A DNA stretch of 50,464 bases, filler included, from Catajapyx aquilonaris (taxonomy: Eukaryota): NCBI GenBank assembly GCA_000934665.2. It is 2 parts of 2 records of this genome, joined end to end, with 100 filler letters (N's around TTAATTAATTAA, not from the genome) between each part and the next. Parts side by side here need not be neighbours in the genome. Positions count along the whole stretch, not along the records: positions 1 to 25,140 come from JYFJ02005416.1; 1 more part is not named here. The stretch is one strand, 5' to 3'. Of the stretch, positions 11,285-23,819 are shown in pieces. The position numbers and the translations under genes were made by a program. Below the pieces are notes generated by a model. The model did not search any database. It was given only the letters and a program-made list of their open reading frames with translations, and was not told the DNA's origin. Positions within the stretch are counted from its first letter, which is position 1. Each line of letters starts with the position of its first letter.

Positions 11285-13073
11285 GTTATAACGGAAAGTC
11301 CGTTATAGCTGAGGTTGTTATATCTGGATCCAACTGTATCTTGAATCACAACTGGTTCTTTAAAGGAAGGGCTCAGCCCTTTTTTAAAAATTTCTGGGTC
11401 CAACTTGCCAAAGGACAAAACTTTTTCTTTAATACAAATTAGTTGAAAAAACAGACAATTTCCTTTCAGCCAAGAAGACCAAGAGAGAACTGTCAATATT
11501 AGTGATGAGTGCCAGTCTACATCACAACAAGCAGTAGTCTCAACTGCGGTTGTAAAGTTGGTTGAAAGAACACCTGTTGTACCCAAAGGAGCCAGTTTGG
11601 GTATTTAATTGTGGCAAAGAAAGTAATGCGCTGTAAATTGGTACAAGAAATTCACTAATAGCAATGCTCACTTTCAGTCAATCATACCAAAGTAATCAAG
11701 CGCAAACCAGGCATTTTGAAACCTAGGAAACAGACAACAACGAAGTCAACTCCCTCTGGCATGAACGCTATATCTACGAGATGTGCATTTTTGAGGAAAG
11801 CCAGTAGCTCACTGTGCTGGTAGTGTATTGCAGCTAAAGTAACCAATCCACGAATTACTCTAATCAGTAGTGGAAAAGCAGGCAAATAATGATTATAAAT
11901 TCTAGTGAACCAAGCCGAAGAAATTCTGCCGCTTTCTGTGCATTCTGAAGTTACCAAGCCTGTGTCAGTGCTTGGCAAGGTGTCCAAGGCTGGCAGTAAA
12001 ATGGTGCAAGATGTAGGTGCAGCCATGGAAGGGGGTGGCAGTGCAGAGTTTGTCAGGAGGATTCAGTCAGAAAAAGTGAATGCCAACTTGTAAGTTGACA
12101 AGTTGTTGTTACACATTGACAATCTCATATCTGAAACCCTTGGGACCAGGCACTTATCGGAATTCTTAGGATTTCTGAGAATGATATTTCAGTAGTACGT
12201 AGCATATGAGGGGTCTGAGATCAAAAGTGGCCAAGTCCACTTCGAAAAACTGGTCGTAAAATGAGCAAAAACTGATGATTACTTAACTTTCACTGGTACA
12301 ATCTTGAAACCTTTTACGTCTATATGTTGCCACATCTCAGCTACATATGGGAATGTGCACTTAATAAACGACATTAAATACAAAATACACCCCCCAAAAA
12401 TGGACTTATATGTTTTCGATCTGAGACCCCTCATATATCCTTGTCGTATATCCCACTGCAGGAATGAAAGCAACCCTCTGCATATAGCTGACATTTCTCA
12501 ACCCATATATCCAGTGTTTTCTCTGGAAGAAGTCAATAAGGCTGCTGAAGCGGAAAGAAGAAGTATTGGGACAGATTCTTCCCATGGCACTGCTAGCGGA
12601 CACACACATGCGGTGGAGAGAATCAATACAACCCGTGCTGTCTCTATGTAAAGAACAAATAATGAGAGTGTTATTACTTATTAGTTATTCAGACCAGGGT
12701 TTGCCTGAATTGCCATGGTTATGCAGGACATGTGGAAAATGCTTCAGTGAAAGTGGCTTCCTGAAAAGACGTGTGTACATGAGCCATTTTGTGATTGTGT
12801 ATCCATGTGAAATATATTTGCAAGAAGCAGTTTCAGACTGAGAAGAAGTTGAAGTTCCACCAAACCAGATGCACCTCAAGTATAAAAGTGGTTGCAGGCG
12901 GCAATATGATGCAGTCTAATTCAAGCACTTTGATGGATGTACCAGCAAAAAATGTTACGTTTAAGCCCAAGTCACTTCACATGCCACTTCAGGCCATGCC
13001 AAATGTGAAGTCAGGACCAGTTGAGGTAATTAATGTTGATGACAACGAGTGCCTTGCCTGAGGTCAGGTTGAT

Positions 13074-13470
13074 TTAATTGCAGTGGTAAACTTTATCGCA
13101 AATAAAATTCAGCATATTAGGAACTAGGAAGTATCCACTGGCATTGTTTGAAGTAGGAGATGAATGAATGCACCGTAACTTACTTAACCCAAAAAATCCA
13201 GTATTCAGGTCCATCCAGTACACTCTCGGTGAGACCTTGCTCCTTGCCTCTCTTGGTGATACAGCGATGGACATGCATTTTGCATAAGGAAAGAACTCCT
13301 CCTGGTTCTTGGCAGCATCAGAGTTATTTTTTATTCAGTAAATCAGGCTCTGTTGGGAGCTTGAGGAACTCCACTATCTCCTTGGGGGTCCTTTCGGCGC
13401 AGACAGCCCCGGTAGTAGTGGCTGTCTTGTCCTATTGGCTGGTCATGGCCCGGTTCACAATGTTGACCAT
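13074..13470 (-). pseudogene. Decayed two-exon gene, weakly Tctex-1 (dynein light chain)-like
   Basis: Good-context ATG (ACCGCCATGG) and a 60-nt GTAAGT...TTCCTAG intron. The reading frame is broken by a stop and frameshifts. The family resemblance is by eye only. Confidence 0.3.
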
Positions 13471-14754
13471 GGCGGTTTTGTAAACACAAGAGGCACAGCT
13501 TGTTGCTATACCAATTATTACAGTAATCTACATATTGTTGTCTTTGTACTGTTACACTGAAAAATGTGTACTAATTTACCAGCTCCACCCTGTACAATCC
13601 AGGGGGGAATGACATTTGCAGAATTAGACTTCTATATTCTAGGACCTCTGCAACACTTTCTATGGATTACACCCACCATAACTAAAGGACAAATAAGTGG
13701 AGGCCAGACAGAAGTAGTCCAGCATAAGACACCTGACAAGCATGATGCGAGTATTTTTTCATTGACAATCCACCTGGATAAACTTAGCCCAGTATGGAAC
13801 ATCATTTGCAGTTTTGTTCAATTTAAACTATCTCTGAATATGATTTGGAAGGTCATGTTACCTGATGACACACACGTTTCATTCTGATAATTACTTCTGA
13901 AATCGATTTGCTAAGAAGGAATTAGATAACCAAAATGCTGCTTATTGCTGAAAGAGTTTGAGATTATACTGTGCTGTGATTTGTTGCAAGAAATTGCAAG
14001 CACAGTATACCATGTGTTTCATAATTAAGCAACACATGTAAAATTCAAGCAGTGCCATCAACTTACAGTATAAGTCCGTTTTATTGCGCCTAAACCATAT
14101 AATAGAATAATGTACAAGTTACCTGATGTGCAACCAGATTGGATTTTTCCCTGAACTTCACATGTTCCACACATGTTCCTTCTTTCCAGTGTTGCTCTTG
14201 TAATGATAATGTAGAGATGACAGGCACCTGTAAGCTTTTTGCCACATTTCTGGCATTCATAAGGCTCCTATCCAGTGTGTAATCTGTGATGATCATCCAG
14301 ACAAACTCTTGTGGAAAGCCTTGCCACATACGTCGCACTGGTATGGCTTCTCCCCAGTATGGATCATGTTGTGACATATTAGTGCTGACCTGTATTGGTA
14401 AGCCTTCCCACACACTTTACAGGTACACACACGTGGTTTCTCCCCAGAATGTGTCTTCATGTGGTTTGTCATTATGAATCATGATGTGAGCCTCTTCCCA
14501 CATGTTTTGTGTACTTGTGAACTTTTGTCGGTGTAGTCTTCTGATGAGCAGTCCAACTTGATTTTGTTGCAAATACCTGCCCACAGGCATCACCTGAGGC
14601 TGGCTATTCATTAGTGTGAGTTTTCTTACGGTACCTTAAACCAGGCTCTGTGGCCAGTTGTTTTCCACATATTTCACACACATATGGAAAATCTATAGCA
14701 TGAGTTAACTGATGGCCACTTAGGGTTTTGTTGGTACCAACACACATGCTGCAC

Positions 14755-14795
<41 letters not shown>

Positions 14796-14965
14796 GTTAT
14801 TATTTCCTGGTGTGGACCACCTTATGGCACATCAGTGTACCTTCTGGAAAAACTTCTTCCCACACACAGCACTCAAGTGGCTTCTTCCCACTGTGGATCA
14901 TCATATGCCTGCTTAGCATTGCTTTTACAAGAAACTGCTTCCAGCAAGCAGTACACCTGAAAGTA

Positions 14966-15307
14966 AGCGGGAGGCGGAGTGGTGCTGCGGTAACGTATGC
15001 GCCCACGGATGTTAAGGTCCCGGGTTCGATCCCAGCCCGGGGACACCCCCTTCATCTCGTGCAGAGTTCAGGGTCACCTCTGGCTTCGTCTCGGGTGGTA
15101 TTTCCACAGACTAAACCACCCGGGGGAGTTCACTAAAAATGGCCACATTAAGACATTTCACTGCACCTTGCACATCCCCTCCTGTCATCCTGCCCGTGGG
15201 CCCGGGCGTTTCGTATAAAGGCTCCAATGTATACCATAATAAATAAAGGTCCATGCTGCATACCTCAGATGAGGTCAAGCACTACCCCGGATTATTATTA
15301 TTATTAT
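14966..15307 (+). mobile_element. SINE family B inserted in zinc-finger coding sequence
   Basis: Exact 14-bp TSD TACACCTGAAAGTA at 14952-14965 and 15308-15321; A/B boxes; (TTA)n tail. Confidence 0.93.
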
Positions 15308-16020
15308 TACACCTGAAAGTATGGCTTCACACTAGAGTCTATTCTCTGGTGAATGTTCAAACTGCCTTTCCTGCAAACCATCTTCTTGCACATCACACTT
15401 GTATTCACATTATTTTGTCCTTATGCCTTTTAACATGATGAGATCCTCTTTGGGTGAATGACATGTTGCCAACATCAGCTTGTGAGTTCTTTCCAACATG
15501 TGCTGCACAGGGATTCATTATCACTTCCTTGGTAGCAAATGTCATGCCGCACGTTTTGCACCCATCTGCTTGTCTGCCCAGCACTAGTGTCTTGTTGTTC
15601 AATAAGACTTTCTGGCTGATTCTTCTCCCTGGAGTGAATCTGCTCATGCCTGGCTAACCTCTCTTCGGTTCTAAATGGCTTTCCACAAGTCTGGCAGTTC
15701 CTTATTACAGCTTCCTGAGTGTGCATTTGCCTGGGCCTGATTAGTTCAGCTTTACTGGCAATAAATTATATTCCCCACGTGACACACCATTTCGATTTGT
15801 ATTGCAGGAACACAGCCAGGCACCAATTCGTTGTACAGTTTGCCAAACCCTGTCCAGATTTTAACTGCTTCCCACATTTTTCACAATGGAATGCATTCCT
15901 GCTTGCAACTTCTTTCCCACCATGATCCAATAAAACGATATTGTCTTTGCTTCTATAACTTGTAACTGTGTCATTTCTAGTGCACTCTGCACTGGTGTGA
16001 TTTCAAATTCTTCACTGTCA

Positions 16021-16376
16021 GGGGAGGTGTGGTGGCCGAGATGGTAACGTCTTGGCTTGCTGAGTGAAAGGCCCCAGGTTCGATCCCCGCCTGGGGAACT
16101 TCCTTTCACCTGCGTCGGGAGGGTCTCTGACCTGCACCAAGGAGGTGTCTGGCAACCTAACCTCCTGGGGGACTGCACATGGCCCAAATGCCTAGACAAT
16201 GCACCTGCACAAGTGTCCCCTCCCCAACAATCCCTTTCCCTACCCTATATCCTAGCATTCCTTGCACGGAGATTGAAGTTAAAGAAAATAGAAAACTGTA
16301 TGGTGGTCTGCCACCCCCCGAAAGGCCCATAGAGGGCCATCAAGGGGTACGTAAAATAAAATAATAATAAAAAAAA
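16021..16376 (+). mobile_element. SINE family A inserted in zinc-finger coding sequence
   Basis: TSD core TCTTCACTGTC at 16009-16019 and 16377-16387; A/B boxes; A-rich tail. Confidence 0.93.
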
Positions 16377-18385
16377 TCTTCACTGTCTGAAACTTTTCTA
16401 CACATTTCACATGGGAACATGACCACACTGTGGGTCACAAACACATGCTTTACTAGGTTATCACTAACTGCAAAGCACTCCTTGCATTTCCTACACATCG
16501 ACAGCAGTGATGGCACAACACATGGTGAGGGCACTTCACAAACTCTGCTTTCATAACCTTCCAACTACAACAGTCCACTTGAAGCATCACATACAGCAGG
16601 TTCTGATTCCACTGCATCTCAGGAGTAGGCCAGCAAATTTCAGAATCCTTATTGGAAGCATAAGAATGCAGCAATTTGTATACAGGTACGGTAACACAGT
16701 GAGATATAATACCTGGTGGCAAAAACAAGGCTGGTATTGCTTGCTGTTTCAGTTTCAGGCAGTTGTCATCATCTATCACACCCGATCAGTCTGGCTGAAT
16801 GACATCTGAGCTGTGGAAGTGCCTAGAGCAGACCCTGGAGTGGTATATGGCTTGACAATGGCATCCATCCACATGATCCTGAGGGTGAGGCTGGTTTGGA
16901 AAGGGAAATACCCAGTCCCATCATCAGTAGGCTATCCATTGAGCCATGGTTGGGGCACGTGTATTGTACATGCCGCACATGTATACCAGTTGTTAGGAGG
17001 CATCCAGGCTACTTATCGTCCTGAGACCTGGTGTCGACATATGTTGACATTCGGAGAGAAAAATCATAATAAAAATCTCCAAATGGGATGTAACTTTTCT
17101 TTGCATGCCTATACCAATATACACCCACAAGGATGTGTGCTTGCACTACAGTTCAATTTTAAAATCTAAAATAGTGAGGTACCACATGCTAGAGGGAAGA
17201 GAGGAAGGAGCTAGCCCCATGCCTGAAGTTTTGGCCTTGAAAAATAATTTCATATTTATCTTGAATTGTCTTCACAGAGGAACTGCTACCGAGAATTCCA
17301 CAAATGAGTGTACAAAACCTTGTTTGGCGGATAAAGCACTATGAGAGTGATCTATTAAGTGGCACTTATATTTTAGCATTCATCTATTCTGTTTCTGTGG
17401 CAGCAATTGAGTTCTAATGATCTCATAGGAGGATATTGTTTTTTTGTCATTATTTTGGTCAATATTTTTTGTAATTTTGTCTCTTTTCTTATTGGCAAAA
17501 CGTTCGGAAAATGCAACAGGAACTGACATTGTGTTGCAAAATTTTTCTCGGGTCTTGGGAGCAATGGGAGGTTATGGGTACCTAATCTTGTAGTAAATGA
17601 GTAGGTTCGGAATTTATTGCCTGTACGTACCAAAAAGTAAGTCCTGCACTTTCCGAATTATTACCTCATCAATGAGTGAGACCTGGCCTTTGTCCCAATG
17701 TGTGAAATCTATCCGAAAATCCGAACTGTCAGTTGTACACACCAAAAGAAGCCCAAAATTGTCCAATGTCAGGAACAAGAACAGAAATTGAAGCTTCTAC
17801 TCAGTTCATGTGTGCTGTTCAGAGATGAGTATAATGATGTCTAAATGAGCCTCAGATGTCTGTAATTCTCATATATTAATCAAGATTAAACATGCGTAAT
17901 TCATGTGAATAATTCATTGTCATCAGGTTATGTGGTTGATGTTCCAAAAATCTGTCTCATACATGCAGAGACAGAGAGCAAAATAATGATTTATCACAGG
18001 TCTTAAACGCATATACATTATTATTGCAAATGTCCTCACTTGAATTTCTTTTTACCTGAAAAAATGTTAGAAGTGGAAGAATGTCAGAAGGCATTGCCAG
18101 AGCAGCAGGGTCAAAGGTCCCAATTTCTATATATATATTTTATTGCCATTTTTACACTACACGTACATTGCTACATTTGGAATGCAATGCAACATGTTTT
18201 AAATGGCATCATCATCATCATTAAATTGAATTCCTTAGTGAATGCAAAAATGGTTTAATTACTGCAATATGACTTTTTATAGAAGTTATGTCAAATTGTT
18301 AGAGTTGTTCATTTGGCCAGCATTCCATCCTGTATACTGTAACTGGAGAGTAGAGTGCTGGGTATCAAATGCTCCGCAATTACAG

Positions 18386-19309
18386 TTACTCCTGCTCATC
18401 TGCAGGGATAGCATGGTTAAGCTCCATCTCCTCAGCCCGTCTCATCATGGCCTGTAAATACGGTTAATAAGCAATTTGCAAGACTTTCGCATGCAGTAAG
18501 AAAAAAAAAGAGAAAAATATGAATGTACTTTTTTAAGCATCTCAACCAGGGCTGGATCATTCTGTTTAGCCATTTCAGATGGTATTTTTCCTCTCTTGCT
18601 CTTGAGTGTTATATCCGCACCATTCAAGAGTAGGTACTCAACGATTTCTGTGTGACCTTTGGCTGCTGCTAGATGAAGTGGGGTGTAGCCATTCTTTTCT
18701 GTAGCCTCCAAATAAGCCCCTGATTCGTAGAGGTACTTGACTATCGACAACCAACCCTGACTTGCAGCCAGATGGATAGGCCCAATTCCATTCTGGTCAC
18801 TCTTATTCACCGATGCTTGGCCCTCAATTAGTACTTGGCATGTGAACCGATGGCCCTCACTGGCTGCAAAATGCAAAGGGGTCATCATACTTGCCGAGTG
18901 CCGATGATCCCCTGGCCAACCCTGCTTCAAGAGGTAATCGAGCACATCATCTCTTCCGAAGTGGGCACAGACGTGGAGAGCATGTCTTGTCACTGGATTT
19001 TCCACCAGCTGTGCAACACCTCCCATCTTCATTACCACTTTCTTTGCATCTTGCAGACTACCGTCTTTGCAGGCCTTAAGAAGTTCTACCTCTGAATGCA
19101 GCCAATTGTCATGAACCTAAGAAACAATGAGGGACTTTGGTCAGTTCTTGGTGATTTCTAAAACAGGCGATGTGTTCAAAATATTACCTGATCAACATTT
19201 TCATTTGGGCAGTGTGCTAACACCATGCATAATAATTAATCACATCTCCTCAGCCAAATCAAGTGCAGAAAGAAGTGTTACGTACCCTTTCACTCCAACA
19301 ATTCCCCAT
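18386..19309 (-). CDS. Ankyrin-repeat protein (four clear repeats plus caps); 5' end uncertain
   Basis: Main exon 19116-18529 has HALHVCA, TPLHFAA, GPIHLAA and TPLHLAA..GH.EIVEYLL..GAD repeats. A 77-nt intron leads to the last exon 18451-18386 (AMMRRAEEMELNHAIPADEQE*). Upstream are a 29-nt exon 19216-19188 and a candidate start MGNCWS at 19309. Confidence 0.88.
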
Positions 19310-19894
19310 TTTTGCAGGTGGAAGGATTCTGATTCCTTATGGGGTTACTGTCAGAGCTGGTTTGCAGTTTGCTGGTTTGCAGTGTGACAGAAGAAAGGGT
19401 TGACACTACAAGAGCTGTTTTTGCAGATGCAAGCCAAGTGAGACTGGTCAACCAGTGACGTGCGGACAAAGGGGTGAGTGAGGCATTACGCAAGCAGCAT
19501 TCCAGTGCAAGGGAGGTAGACGCTGCCAGTGTTGACAAGTTTCTGTTGCTCTGTAATAAATGAAAAGTAACTGCTTTAATGGTCACAAATGCATTTATCA
19601 CTTTTCATGTCAGCAGAGCTTCATATGATTTGGGTGAGATTTGAGAATTGACATTTTTTTTGTTACAGTGTATGAAATGTTGTGTCTCATAAAACTCATG
19701 GCAACATGTCTCCTTGGAATGGAACGGCTGGAATAAAGAGATTAGCTTGAGGAAGTATTCTTCAGCAGCAGATAAGGGATGTTTGTCTGACTTCTCAGAA
19801 TACACTGATATCAGAGCTCTTGAAGCTGTGAAAACTTCCATTGCATGACATCATTTACAAGTAGAAATGGCTAAATTGATTTTGCTTCCCTTAA

Positions 19895-20421
19895 CCCTTA
19901 ACTACGTAGGTGGCCGAAACACCTTTAACAACGTAGGTGGAGCCTGAGCGGCTCCAATGGTATATTTAAATCTCTGCTCATCAGCTCAATTTTTATATTT
20001 GACTTTTCACATACAGAAAGTGCAGTTCAGATAATTAGGCTTCCGAAAACGTAAAAATCACACGCTGAGTCAGCAAATTCCGACAAAAAAATTCATAACA
20101 AGGAACAGGTCCCACTTGGAGCCGCTCAGGCTCCACCTACGTAGTAAAGGGTGCTGTCGTTTTCCCTATTCAGACGCTCTCCACGGAGATAGGGAAAACG
20201 ACTCCAAGGTGAGAGCGGCTCCAAGGTGGGACCTGTTCCTCGTTACGAATTTTTTTCAGCCAAAGAATGGCGACTAAAAATTTTTTCTCCTTCTTTGCAT
20301 GCTTAGGAAGGTTTTTGTGATAAAGTCACAGAAGGCCAGGGGGAAAAAACATTTAATAAAAAAGTTACATGCGTTTAAATAGTGGTTGGAGCCTCTCAGG
20401 CTCCACCTACGCAGTTAGGGG
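19895..20421. mobile_element. piggyBac-type MITE
   Basis: TTAA on both sides. TIR CCCTTAACTACGTAGGTGG / CCACCTACGCAGTTAGGGG. Internal GGAGCC..GGCTCC repeats. Confidence 0.88.
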
Positions 20422-21326
20422 TTAAGTTACAAGCTGAGAAGCTGCATAGGTCTTATCAATAATTTCCTGCATGTCACATTGATAATAATTAACATGCTAT
20501 AACATTGGAGGTTAATATAGGTCTTGCATGATTAACAATATATTTTTTAACAAATTATATTGAGTATGTCAGTGCCATAATGAGCAGAGAAAGTACTGCA
20601 TTTTGTCATATCAGCACCATTTAACACATCTGAAATGAAAGTCACCAACACTTCCATGTTTATCCTATGGAACATCATGAAAAATTCAATCTGACAGATT
20701 ATGTAGGCAGCAGTTTACACAAAGAATACTAAATTACCAATTCATTACAGGTCATTGTTTGACATGGTTTTCAAAGAAATGCAAGCCAAACTGACACCTT
20801 GCAAATTATAGTCAAGGCTACAGTACATCAGGATGAGACCATATCACCTGCGCAATGGCCAAGTTCTTGTCAGTGACATGATGAGGTTCGGTAACATTTG
20901 CAAATGCAGCCTCTACAGCCTCTCTCCTGTCACTTATTAGGCTGGGCCCGTGCACTTTTCCCAGTTTCCGGCTACTTGCTCCTTAGCAGTTAGCTGGAGG
21001 GCATGCTATGTTATCCTGCAGGCAAAAGGTTCCGAATATCTTTGTAACATCTTTGTAATCTCTTGTAACATACTATATGGATATGAATTGATAATGTGTG
21101 TGGAACTAGTGGAAGTGATTTTCATGTTATCTCATAAGCCCTACCTTCGCCTTATACTACTGTGCCAGTATGCCCCGTGCCTTGTGCCATCATGCCCTAG
21201 GCATGGGGCATGTAGGGCCAGAGAGGGGGGGGGGGCAAAATTCCCCAGGCCCGCGTGGCCCGGTAGTATTCGTCAAAAACTTGTTTTTCACTTTGATATT
21301 CAGATAGGGCCCTACCTGTATGGTTG

Positions 21327-23100
21327 ATCATCTACATATGAGCTCACTTTTGCTGCCACTATTTCACTGCGCGCTTCAGGTAAGGGATCCGCAGCCAAAT
21401 TGTTGAAGGAAGCCACTACCACAACACCTACCAGAGGGGATAGGATGCTCGAGAATTGGCGCGATCAAGAGGACTCAACTATGGGTCCCCCATTAACACC
21501 AAAAGAAGCTGTGGCCATGATTATCTTGCAATTTAAGCCAACAACAGTAAAACTATCTGCATGATTGCCAAGCAGCATAAGCATGACATTTACCCATCGT
21601 ATGAAAAGGTATTGGTAGAAAAGAAGGCCAGTTACCCAGGAGGCATCTCATGTGATGAGGAGGGTTGCGAAGTGCAACTACAAGCCCTTCTTGACCACAC
21701 CAGCAAGAGGATACTAGAACTATCGCCTCCCCTTGATAGTGCAACAAGCTTCACTTTACATTGCAAGTGGGGATTTGAAGGGAGCTCCAGTCACGCAAGC
21801 TACAAACAGGCATGGAAGCAGCCAAACAAATCCGATGACAGTCTGCTCACTACAGCTCTTGTTCCTCTTCGCCTAACTAATAACATCACTAAAGTGGACC
21901 ACTGGGTCAACCCTCGGCCATCTTCTACCTCGTACTGCAGACCTGTACGCTTTCAATGGCTGCAAGAGACCCAAGAAGCGGCAAAAGATGAAGAAAACTA
22001 CATCAACAGCCAGATTAGTAAGCTGAAGGCCTTGGAAGTGGAAAATCATGTGATTGATTATTCCCTTATAATGACAATGGTGGATGGGAAGGTCAGTATA
22101 TTATTTACACTTTCTAATCTGCACGAACAATTAGGATATAACGACACATTAATAAATTTGTACAACTGTATTGTACTTTCTTGTCAGGTCTGCAGTGCAC
22201 TAACACTCCTTCAATGAAATGTTTCATTTGTGGTGCAAAGATCTCAGAAATGAATGACTTGGAGAGGATTAAGAAGCTACCGGAAAAGACTGAGAATTTT
22301 AGATTAGGACTTACACCACTCCATGCTCGAATAAGATTTTTCGAGTGTCTCTTGCACATATACCGGATGGACTTTCAACACTGGAGGGCATAAATAGTGA
22401 GTCTGGATTACTCCAAGACACATGGCATCATAACGATTGTTCTAACATGTATTTGTATATTATCCTGTAGAAANCCCCCCCAACAATGTCTAGATCTGCC
22501 ACTGGTTCCACTGACAAATCCATTGATATCTCGCCCCAACATTGCTCTTGCATATGGCTCATTAGCATATGAGTTGTGTGATTAAAACATGATTCATTGT
22601 AAAGTAATTCGTATTTGTAACATCTACATACAGGTGATTTTCGTGCTAGACGAACTTCATTGGTGTTGGGCAAGTATATGGCTCCTACTGTACATAAGAT
22701 ACTGATTCATGGTCCAACTGTGATCAAAGGAGCCAATGCTTCCTATTGGTGAGTTTAGGCATACTTACAACACAAGCAATAGGTTTCTAACATTGACGTT
22801 GTTAACATAATAAAAATATATTTTAGGTAAACTATCAGAGGAAGCGTTAGAGTCGACAAATAAAGTGACTCGAAGATTCTGAGAGCACGATTCGAGAAAG
22901 CAATCCAGAGCAGACAGTAACCAGGACCTCTTGCATCGTCTGCTGCTGAATTCAGATCCGGCCATTACCTCACTTAGAGGTGTTTGCAAAAAACCACTGC
23001 AGAAAATGTCAAAGTCTGTTAAACGTCTCCTATCTTTCGGAGACGGAATAGAAGAGGAGGGGGAGAGCAATGAAGATGCTGGTCAAGAGGAAGGAATAAT
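21327..23100 (+). mobile_element. Transib transposase relic (RAG1-core relative) with spliceosomal introns
   Basis: Motifs IYPSY, LQALLDHT, KWGFEGSS (catalytic D replaced by E), WVNPRPSSTSYCRP, TMVDGK, CFICGA, GLTPLHARIRFFECLLH, TVHKILIHG, GKLSEEALESTNK and LLLNSDP. Introns at 22092-22187 and 22749-22826. Stops, frameshifts and an internal deletion are present. No TIRs were found. Confidence 0.93.
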
Positions 23101-23681
23101 ATAATCATCATCACTTTTCAATGGGAATTGTACTTTCCTCCATGGATTTTACTCAAAGAATTTGACTATTGACTTTTGCTCAATGAGATTTGTTAATTGA
23201 TTTAGTTTCCTTTTAATTATTGTGTTTTCTACTGGACTAACTGTGCGTTAATCTTTCCATTTGGCTTATGTGTGTGTATTTGGTGATTATAATATTGGTT
23301 CAGTTTCTTCAGTTAGAGATGAAGTTACAGTAATGACATATCCTATAATCAGAGCCGGCCTTAGGGGTGGGCAGTCCGGGCGACCGCCGGAGCCCCGCGC
23401 TTCTGGGTGGCCCCGCGCCGTGTGACCTTGAACCCCCTTAGTGACCCACACTCATTTCACTGCAGCTGAGTATGCCCTGGGTTCAATCCCATGTCCCTCC
23501 CACCAGCTTTGAGTGGCTCCAGAGGGGAACAAACAATGTGTGCTTGTACGACATTAGCTGTGGGGACGGAAATGTGTGTTTTAACCAGCCCAGGGACACT
23601 TCTATCCCAGGGCAATAGAAAAAGCTGTGCCGTTATCTCTTCCGGCAGTGGTGCTAATATATGTGCAATGGAATCCTGCAG

Positions 23682-23819
23682 TGGAACTCGCATCTCCATA
23701 AGTCCAGCGCCTCTTATGGCACAACTATGCACTAACGCCTACAGCTCCATACGGCTCTATAGGCGTTAGTGCATAGCTGTGCCATAAGAGGCGCTGAACT
23801 TATGGAGATGTCAGTTCCA
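23682..23819. repeat. Hairpin palindrome
   Basis: Arms of about 60 bp (CATCTCCATAAGT..CACTAACGCCTA / TAGGCGTTAGTG..ACTTATGGAGATG) with a short loop. Confidence 0.85.

Larger units (their letters stand above)
9348..13061 (+). pseudogene. THAP-domain + C2H2 zinc-finger gene, multi-exon, apparently disrupted
   Basis: THAP signature CCIFEC...FPFP...W...KVCSTHF...LRDNA at 9375-9625. Several low-complexity exons with about 75-85 nt GT-AG introns. Terminal exon from about 12693 reads LCRTCGKCFSESGFLKRRVYMSH..YPCEI, then a frameshift, then CKKQFQTEKKLKFHQTRC. The AVP box is missing and frameshifts are present. Confidence 0.75.
14090..17003 (-). pseudogene. THAP-domain + multi-C2H2 zinc-finger pseudogene
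   Basis: THAP remnants MPPNN..C...GYFPF...RIMWMDAIVKP..RVCSRHF...LKQQAIPALF at 17003-16712. Numerous broken fingers follow (CRKCKECF..HVFVTH, CQTCGKPF..ARHEQIH, CTACWKQF..SRHMMIHSGKKPLEC). There are many stops and frameshifts, and two SINE insertions in coding sequence. Confidence 0.88.

Noticed and set aside
19290..19292. Selenocysteine or readthrough TGA in the ankyrin gene
   Set aside because: No SECIS was recognised downstream, the upstream frame has no domain-like features, and a simpler MGNC start model exists.
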